64,000 nucleotides of DNA, from positions 214,148,001-214,212,000 of the forward strand of contig OZ024743.1 of NCBI GenBank assembly GCA_964016885.1. The letters are read 5' to 3'. Position 1 is the stretch's first letter; the number at the start of each line of letters is the position of its first letter. The position numbers were made by a program, and so were the translations under genes. The notes beneath the pieces were generated by a model. The model was not told the origin of the DNA and ran no database searches. It saw only the letters and a program-made list of their open reading frames with translations. Positions 54,132 through 64,000 of the stretch are shown one piece after another. This stretch comes from Eledone cirrhosa (Eukaryota).

Positions 54132-55599
54132 CGAGCGATACACTATATTATATAAAATACATGGCAAAATGCCGTATGCCTCCCTAGCTACTCCGAGTTA
54201 ACCCGAAATTAGTTGATCTTACTATTCATATAATATAAATTCAATCTCTTCAGCGGTGGGTTCATAATTGGATTGACATGTTGGGGAAGTGGGTTTAATT
54301 TAATAACTGAGGTAGGGTACGAAAATTGTTTTCAAAGTCATAAGCGACTTCACGGAGAAATTATTTGTTTGTTTTTATCATTTTATTTTCTATGTATAGG
54401 CGAAATGTGTATATTTAGCCGGGGTGTGTTTCCTTCCGGTGTAGATATGTGCAAACTGGAAAACTGCTCCACTAAGACGATATAAAGTATACAGAGTGGA
54501 TGTTACAAGACTAGAAAGACTTGCTAGTCTAATCTTGTTTACATTCACTTTCTTAAGTAATCGGTACTTAAGAAAGTGGAGTGAGGGCATTGTAATTAGA
54601 TACTCCCTGCTGGCTGAGCTCTTTCTGTTTCGACAGCGAGTAGATAACTAAATTATTTCTCCATCAGATCTTCCCAAACATTATTTCTTCAGGGGTATTC
54701 TCATAATTTACGTGCAGGGGAAGTAGGGCTAAATGCAGAACTGGGTGACATATTGGGTGGAGGCAGAACGTTTATTTGTGTTTACATAATGACTTCGAGG
54801 AGACCATATGAACCTTGTTCGGCAAACAACACACGTACGTACTATAGAAAACAGAATGTACATTTTATTCAATAGCATTTTTATTTCCATGCAATGGCAC
54901 TTCGTGCATTCATAGTACACCTTTCGAATGTTTACTTTTCCTTTCATCAGTAGTAATCTAAGGGTCAGGAATACTTTTTACACACACAGATAATGAAAAA
55001 TTGTCTATTACATTACGCCTACATAGAACGATATGTGCATTATATGGAAGCATATATGCACATTGTTATATGCAAGAAACATATACATTTATATTGGTAA
55101 AAATATTGCTAAGATAATGCTGGAGACCGGCATTTCTACATGTATGACATTCTATTTGATGCACAATTATTTAATAAACCTTTGATTGAAAAAAAAATTG
55201 AAAAATGCTAAATTAAAAAAAAAATACTATTTTAAAATCCGAACCTAGGGAAAATGTGCTATTCCATAAAACAATTTATGGTTTATTATAATAATTCTTC
55301 CCCGATCAAAAAATATTTAAACCATAACGTAATATTAGCTATTAATGAACCATTAACAAATTCAAACAAAAATGAAGTAAAAATGTAGATATGTTCTTCA
55401 GTGTTATGTCATTCTATTCCCTAGATTGTAATGCATAAACTACAACTATAGTATTAATTTCGTTCGGATTGTCAATGACAAGGCTTTATCTGCACCATAA
55501 AAAACGTTTCCTTGGGCCATTTAATCATTTATAATTTGAATTAAGATAAATGACACGTAACTAGAAATTACCTGAGTCTATTATAATTCATTTCTTTTT

Positions 55600-56720
55600 A
55601 AATTAAACATAATCATTGCTCTGTGTTAACATAAAACTGTCTTCTCTGCACCACAAGCTTCATATTAAAGATGTATAAAAATAACGGATAAAATTGAAAT
55701 TAAAATCCATTTTAAGAACTTCATTTACTGAACTGTTATAATCAGAAAATTGATGTTTTAATTTCCCATGATAAGAGTTATTGTGAGAAGGAAACTATTG
55801 ATTAACATCAGTTAAATATTTGGTCATATATGACTCTCTTGAGATTGACAACTCCACGCATAAACGCTTGCGAGCTATCATATTTTATAATCACTGAACT
55901 CAATAAAAATGGGGTGATTAAAATAATCAGGAACAATCTATTTAGAGCGTATAAAGTTTACTTCTGTCAACAAAAGTACGATCAGAAATTAAACAAGTTG
56001 GTTGTATTATGTTTAACAACAATATATGAATCTCGGTAATAATAAGAATATTCTACCCAATTGGCCGATCAATCTTGTACTTAAATTAATAAATCAAGGT
56101 GTACTTGAAACACCAGTTAGTAGTTACACGGGATATCGTTTTATTTAATATACATTAAACTTAGGACCGGTGCTACATTTACGCCAACAAGCTAGTCGTC
56201 ATGAGCACAGACCCGAGAGGAGTTCATTGTTAAACGTTAACAAATCACTGTTTTATATTCATTGTATAAGTAAAAAAAACTATAATAATATTGATACGAA
56301 TTGCATTCAAATAACCAGCCTTCAGCCAGCATATTTTACAGAATGTAGCATTCGGCAAAATGAGATGCATTAGCTTATTCCAAATAAGTTTAAACAATAT
56401 CCTATGAAATAGTCTATCATTTATAGAAATAGAAAGTAATACTGGAATTGTGTTTTATTTTTCATTTATATATACTCACACTCTGTATTAAAATTACAAT
56501 TGCAAACTTGTCTCCATTAGATAAAATGATACAAAAAAGAGACAAGAATATATTATATTAATACTACTGCTAGTTTCCATTATATGTGTGGGTGTTATCA
56601 AATTCCGTTAATAATAAATATGACAAATCTCTATACAGCAAAGAATAATATTTCACCATGGTATTTTGATAATGCTGACAGTCAACATTCTGAACATAAT
56701 AAAAATACTTTTTCAAATGT
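55600..56720 (+). pseudogene. Internally deleted TLR-like pseudogene
   Basis: CVNIKLSSL, LKSILRTSFTEL, LNKNGVIKIIRNNLF; TIR-like RQEYIILILL. Confidence 0.55.
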
Positions 56721-56749
56721 TTACCGGTCTGTTAGATATGCATGTGCTT

Positions 56750-59400
56750 GATAGCTAAGGATATGATTGCATTATCCACTTGACAGCAGAATTAGTAGAG
56801 AGTTTTTCAATTATTTCAAAAGTTTCTAAGGCTTCAAGACTACAAACGATAAGTTTGTTCATACCGATATTAAATTTTCATAAATGAAACGGATAATGTA
56901 GATGCTGCAATATATTGACAGTGAACTTAAGCAGATTTATATAATTGCTTTGAGTGTATGATGTATTAGGGATATAAGAACTTACCGAATGTATGGGGAA
57001 GCAAACCATTAGTAAGCAGTGCTCGTGTAGTCGACGCAAATACTTCAGATTTACAAATTGTAAGAACCCTTCTCCATTGACATTTGACTAAGACACATGT
57101 TTTCTGTCGGAAGGGATAATTCTCGGATAAATCTTAATCTGACGGAAAAAATCAACACAATTTCTTCATTACTTCCTCTAAATATAACATTTAATGATAC
57201 ACTATTTCATAGAATATTATTTAAACTTATTTGGAATAAGCTAATGGATCACAATTTGCCGAATGCTATATTTTGTAAAATATGCTGACAGAAGATTGGT
57301 CAACAGAACAAATATATTTGAATGCAATTTGTATCAATATGTATTACAGGAACTTATATATGTAAATAGTGTAAACATGGCAAGGAAAATATAATATGTA
57401 TTTCAATGACACAATATGCCTTTGCAAATTCCATGCTAAACAATTTTGGTGGAAATTTAATAATTGAGGACTAATTCATCCAAATACTCCTAGGCTTATA
57501 ACTTAGAAAAAAGGTTTTAAATTTTGATAGAAAATTGATTAATCTGTGTTCAACAATAATCCAACTTCTGAAAGCAATTATTGCAGCATGGCAGTTGCAG
57601 ATCACTGACTTAATTACAATTCAATTGATTAAGGCAAGTTATAGTTTCTATGTTAACAGAATTATGAAAGAAGACACTGGAAATATCATACATTAATCAT
57701 TTCCTAATAGGACATATAATATATTTAGCATATTACAGAACATTTACTAGATTCAAATAGCTTAAAATGTCAAATATCTGAAACTTTAAGGGTCTATTTG
57801 TCTTATTTAAAATCACTCCTACAAATGTGACGTTAGAGGTAAGTTAATTATCCTAGCTATTTAAGTATTTTAAACCATCTTACTCCTTTTTTTCGACATT
57901 TCTTTTCTGTTTGTGTAGATAATTTTAGTAAATAAAGATTGATGCATGACCCTTGGGAGAATTATAACTGCACAAATTATGTGGTTAATGTGTCGCCAAA
58001 CGAATACAACCATGGCAAAATTACTTTTAAATATCGAAACCTTATAACATTGAATTTAAATGAATTTCTGTTCAGAAATTGATATCATTTTAAAAAGATA
58101 GTTATTAAACTATTTCCTAACAATGAAATCGAAAGTATATACATTACATGATTCTTTTACAAACGATATTTGTCATTACAAGTCATTACACCTGATGGAA
58201 TGACAGAGTTCTTTGAGATACTGGCTGGAGTGCTCCAGGGAGATACATTGGCTTCCTACCTTTTTATCATCGTAGTGGACTATTGTATACGCCTTGTACT
58301 GGAGAAACACCTGGACACTGGATTTACTGTAGCACCGGCTCAGAGCAGGAGAGTTGGGGCGAAAAAGGTATCGGATGCTGAATTTGCCGACGACATAGTT
58401 TTGGTGACAAATACAGTGAAGGAGGCAGAGGATTTGATGCGGGAGGTTGAGACTGTGTCGATGAGTGTGGGGCTGAGAATGAATGAGACTAAAACAAAAT
58501 ATCTGGTAGAGAATGTTGAGAAGCCAGAGGGAATCACTAATGTAGGCGGGAAGCCGCTGGAATTGGTTAAGGACTTCCTGTATTTGGGAGCAAAGATTGG
58601 GAATACGGAGGATGATGTGGTTGAGAGGAAGAGCAAGGCCTGGGCGGCGTGTCACAGCTTGAGATCGGTGTGGAAGTCGGACCTTCGTAGAGACCTGAAA
58701 ATCCGCCTCTTCATTGCTGTAGTGGAGTATGTGCTGCTGTATGGGTCTGAGACTTGGACACTGACCAAGAGACTCACTCAGATGGTGGATGGGTGCTACA
58801 CGAGAATGCTGAGGATGGCTCTGAACATTAATCAGTATACACTGAGGATGAAAAACTCAGAGCTGTATGGGAGCATCCCAAAAGTCAGCTCAAAAGTGAC
58901 ACAGAGGAGACTGAGGTTGGCTGGACATGCTCACCGACATCCAGAGTTGACATTGCACTCAGTGCTCCTTTGGGAGCCCCTACATGGACACACTAGAAGA
59001 GGAAGACCAAGGTTAACATATGTTGATGCCCTAAGGACAGACACTGGTCTGTTGGAGATGCAGGATATGGCAGCGATAATGAGGGACAGAGACCGCTGGA
59101 GAGAACTCGTCCATGGATCTCGGGAATTTTACCCGCCTTAGATAGATTTGTCATACGGTCTACTGAAAAACAACCACTGGTTACGATTTTACCTTAGAAA
59201 TTAACTATTACCTGAACTAATTTAGATGTTGGCTAAAGTTACGTTTGTGAATCTAATATCTCTGGTGATTAAGATACATACAGACTATTAATTGTTGTAG
59301 ATGGAACATATCCGTAATTATTATTTAAAAATGCAATAGGATTGTATTTATTTCTATCATTGCACACAATATTATATATCTCGTGTGTGAATACCCCTGT
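56750..59400 (-). pseudogene. TLR-like pseudogene split by a LINE
   Basis: LKYLNS*DN*LT, LSYLNLVN, LRRCT-like VICNCHAAIIAFRSWI (~57600), juxtamembrane YKFL*YI, TIR-like SNEEIVLIFS. Confidence 0.6.
58177..59146 (+). mobile_element. 5'-truncated RTE-like LINE with an intact RT C-terminal ORF
   Basis: GVLQGDTLA, FADD, FLYLG, LLYGSETW, RLRLAGH, GRPRLT. TAGA tail and TSD ATTTGTCAT. Confidence 0.95.
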
Positions 59401-59458
59401 TTCAAAATCATTTTAATCCTTAGAAAATAAACATTCTCTGAATTAATTTATGCAATTA

Positions 59459-59498
<40 letters not shown>

Positions 59499-59639
59499 GT
59501 CATTTTTGTATATAGAAATTACTTCTACGGAATTAGAACTGTTTCTTTCTTATGAAATCATCAGGATTGTCAGATGAAGTTGGTAAGTTCAAGGTATTTA
59601 TAGGTATCTCAGTTGGTAGTAGGGGGTTGTAGTATGGGG

Positions 59640-60465
59640 GCTATCTAGTGGAAAAAGGCATCCGGTAGTGAATGGGGACGGGGAAAAGAGAAAGTGCACT
59701 TGATTAGCGATGAGTGCGAGATGCCATCCGAGCAGAGAAGGAGGCTTACGAAGTTTGGATTAGAAATAAGTCCTCCTTTTTGTACTTGTGGGACGAGTAG
59801 GCACGAGGAATGTCAGCAGGGACAGTAAAGCCGTCCAAAGATAAGACATGGGAGTACTTTGGGGTTAAGCTGGAATCCGACTTCAGATCTGCAAATGAAG
59901 TTTTCTTGCAGACCAACAACCACATTTCGTAGTAAGAAGCCGCTCTCCACACCTGATATCAAGAACGCGCTTGGCGCTCTTCTCACTTCAGGGATGTGCA
60001 TTCGCGCAAGGTGGAGAGAATACTTTGCTAATATCCTAAACTCGAACACAACAGCATTTTCTGAGGTACAAGAGTGCTGACTAATCTCTTAGAGGCTGAG
60101 GTCACACGAGCATTTAAAGAACTCAAATGTGGCAAGACGCTGGGAAAAATGAAATCCTGACCGAGATGTTAAAAGCCTTAAATAGAGAATATATTCGCTG
60201 GCTGACTCGTGTGAGCCGTGTGGTCTGGATCTCTGGAAAAGCACCTACGCAATGGCAATCGGAAGTGATAATAACAATTTTCAAAAAGTGAAACAAGGGA
60301 GATTGTTCTGTTTACAAATGGACCTCCTTGTTAAGCCTCCTCGGTAAAAGATAAGCATTTAGTATTACATAGGCGTAATAGCCAAACCCGCTATCTCCAA
60401 TTCAGTATTTGTGCCAATCCTTACCTATGTTCATGAATCTTGTGTAATGACCGACAGAATACGAT
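59640..60465 (+). mobile_element. Degenerate RTE-like LINE fragment
   Basis: RWREYFANILN, EMLKAL, GKAPTQWQSEVI..IFKK, TSLLSL.GK, PILTY.HE. Confidence 0.75.
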
Positions 60466-60486
60466 TGTCAATACCTATACTATATG

Positions 60487-60571
<85 letters not shown>

Positions 60572-60589
60572 ACACATATACAATATATA

Positions 60590-61209
<620 letters not shown>

Positions 61210-62499
61210 ATACATATACAATATATATATATATATATATATATATCATTGAAAGTTAGTTGCAAATAGAATTGAAATCAATCGTGTATTCATGTTGACG
61301 ATTGAACCTGAAAGTCTGCTTCGCTTTACTGCCTTAATTACACCTTTTCTACAACACTAATCATAAGCACAACTCACAGTTTCTACGAATTTTAAAATGG
61401 TAAGTGGACAAATCAAAAACAAATATATTTAACTCATACTTACATTAGCAGTGTGTGGCATCTTCATACAATATGATCAATTAATTTTCAATGGACTGGA
61501 AATTCCTGCAGGGAAAATGATGATGTATATATGTATGCGCATGATATAGTAATGCTAAATGAGTTGTGTATATATATACGTTTTTGCCCTCATTGATTAT
61601 ATTAATTTGTAACGATTTAATTTCGAAGGGAAGAAAGAATATGAATACCAGACCTCGAAGAAATTTACTTCAAAATACAGTCATTACGAAAGATTTTCAT
61701 TTACTTTTTCTATTTGAAACTTCCAAATTTTGCTAACTGTATTATGTAGTAGTTCACAAAAAAATACATTTTTTCAAGAACACATCGAGTGAAATATAGT
61801 TAATCACCATAACATTATTTCCTATTTACTTCATATTTGATTATGTCTTTTAATTGTCCGCCCTTTAATTGCTTGAAATTTTCGAAGACAATAAGTGAAT
61901 ATTAAAAGAAAATATGAAAATGGTAAAATTATCTTCAATACTTAATTAACTTCGTATTGAATTGTATTATGTTGTTTAGTCGAGAACTTTTATTCAAATT
62001 TAAAGAGCCCATTTATCTTACGAAAAATAGAAATAATGAACAATTCACATTTTATATTGAATAGACATAACGAAAACCGTACAAAAAAATTATCATGATT
62101 CAAGAAAAATGGAGTAGCGATGTGTTCGGTTAGGTTTGTACTTCAGCTTTGAAAGTTATATATCATATTTCCAATCGTAATTTAGTTACAGCAGTATTAC
62201 TATTGTATTTTTGTCTCATATAAGAGAAGCATAGTATAAACACAATAGTATAAAAGCTTCATAGGTGTATTTCTTGACAATTGTTTCAAAAGGATAACGG
62301 GAAGATAAAATCAAGTAGAAGAGAGAACATTTTATTTTGTTTCTAGGTGTGGTATTTATGGCTCTATACAAACTGACGGGTGAATAAAGGAGGTGGGCTT
62401 CCTTCTTCAGTTCATATGCATAGCTAATTTTCTTCTATCCGTTTCACCTGTACTTCAAATGGCCTGAGAAAAGCATTAATATTATAACACCCATTTACA

Positions 62500-63080
62500 C
62501 CTAGTGACGTCAAAAAGACTAATCAACCACACGAGAATACTGTAGATAGAGAAAACTGAAGACGTTGGTGATTGACTCGATATATTTCCCCTGTGTGGCA
62601 AATAATGTTTTCTTTAATTTCTGTTGAATGCATTCAGAATACCAATTATCTATAATTGAATTATTTTTGTATCTTTCGAACAAAAGATTAAAGAAAATTA
62701 TTGTCTTCAATAAAAAAACAAATAAATAAAAACAGAAACTTAAAACAACTATGAAACAAGAAATATGATTAGCTTTCTAAGATAATTGTTGATATATTTA
62801 AATGCTTCTTCAGAATGAATTCTTCACAGTTTCAAGGAAAAATAACCATGTTCTTATTATTACCACGTGATACCTCAATTTTCCTCGTTAATAATAACTG
62901 AAGCATTAAATTCTTTTGACAGAGCTATTTCTGTTAAATGGCCAAAATATTATTTTTGCGATATAATTGAAGTCATTAGTCAATACGTTGCAAAAATGGA
63001 TATCGGATAATCATTTATGTTTTAACGATTATTTGTTTCCTAATTTAAAGCATGGTTCAATGTAATAATCAAAATTCATA
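62500..63080 (-). pseudogene. TIR-domain remnant
   Basis: KEFNASVI (box-1-like), IILES, IIF..L...KLKKTL...KYIE. Confidence 0.45.
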
Positions 63081-63352
63081 AAAAGCAAATACGAGAACAA
63101 AGATACTTCTAGACACACAGTCACATACATAGGCACATACATAGATACACGGAATCACTCGTATATGCAGGCCAAATGTGTCGATAAATATACCTAAACG
63201 TGTAAAACTAAGTTGAAGTAAAAAACTTCAAGTGAATATGAAGCACATATCCTACTGTGTAAATTCATTATCGAACGTCTACATTTTGCCTCTGTTATAT
63301 TCGAAATTCGATACATATGAAGATGTAGGGGACTACATGAAAATATTATTAT

Positions 63353-63466
<114 letters not shown>

Positions 63467-64000
63467 CAACTGAAAGCGTTGATCTCTTACGCGTTTTATA
63501 CCAATAAATATATGAATTTATAGGCTTATATATTTCTGTAACATTCAAACCCATCTTACGTTTATTAGCTGAGTACCTTCAATACGTCTCTCGATACACC
63601 TCGATCAAAATTATTATTTGAAACTATTTCATTTATTCTATGAATAGTTATAACATGTAAACATGCATATAATTCACCACGTCAAGACCTCATCTTAGGA
63701 TATTTTAGCCTTCCTTTATTTGAAAGAAAATGAAGATCTATTTGAATTCTATGCATGTTGGTTATAAATCAATTTGTTTGAGGTAAACAGTTGATAATAC
63801 GAATTTAGTCCTAAACTGATTGTTTGAAGATTTTATAATTCTTCAGATATTGGAAAGAATATACATAAAATATGTATATTGAATACCAAACATATTTTAA
63901 ATTGTATAGTTTCGAAATATGCAATTCTTATTAGTTGGAAGAACATATTATGGCACTGAAGTAGAAAGAAAATATTTTTGGTGTACTAAATAAAGGATTT

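Overview
This is AT-rich eukaryotic DNA full of microsatellites. The SINE and LINE families suggest an octopod cephalopod (inference). I found no intact host gene, and most listed ORFs are microsatellite artefacts. Three layers explain the window. (1) Ordinary repeats: RTE-like LINE fragments, tRNA-derived SINEs (several with target-site duplications), a Tc1 element and an internally deleted mariner. (2) A dense population of Penelope-like elements (PLEs) and non-autonomous derivatives, mostly inserted in (TA)n and mostly carrying fold-back inverted duplications. By manual folding these carry about 20 hammerhead-ribozyme-like motifs from about 10 sequence families. They include a 310-bp tandem retrozyme-like unit and non-canonical cores: U3:A8 in two families, A4 in one, and C10.1-A11.1 or U10.1-U11.1 in several. 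(3) Much of the apparently unique DNA translates into heavily decayed LRR, transmembrane and TIR fragments on both strands, a probable graveyard of 10 or more Toll-like-receptor-like pseudogenes. All calls come from manual reading, boundaries are approximate, and ribozyme activity is untested.
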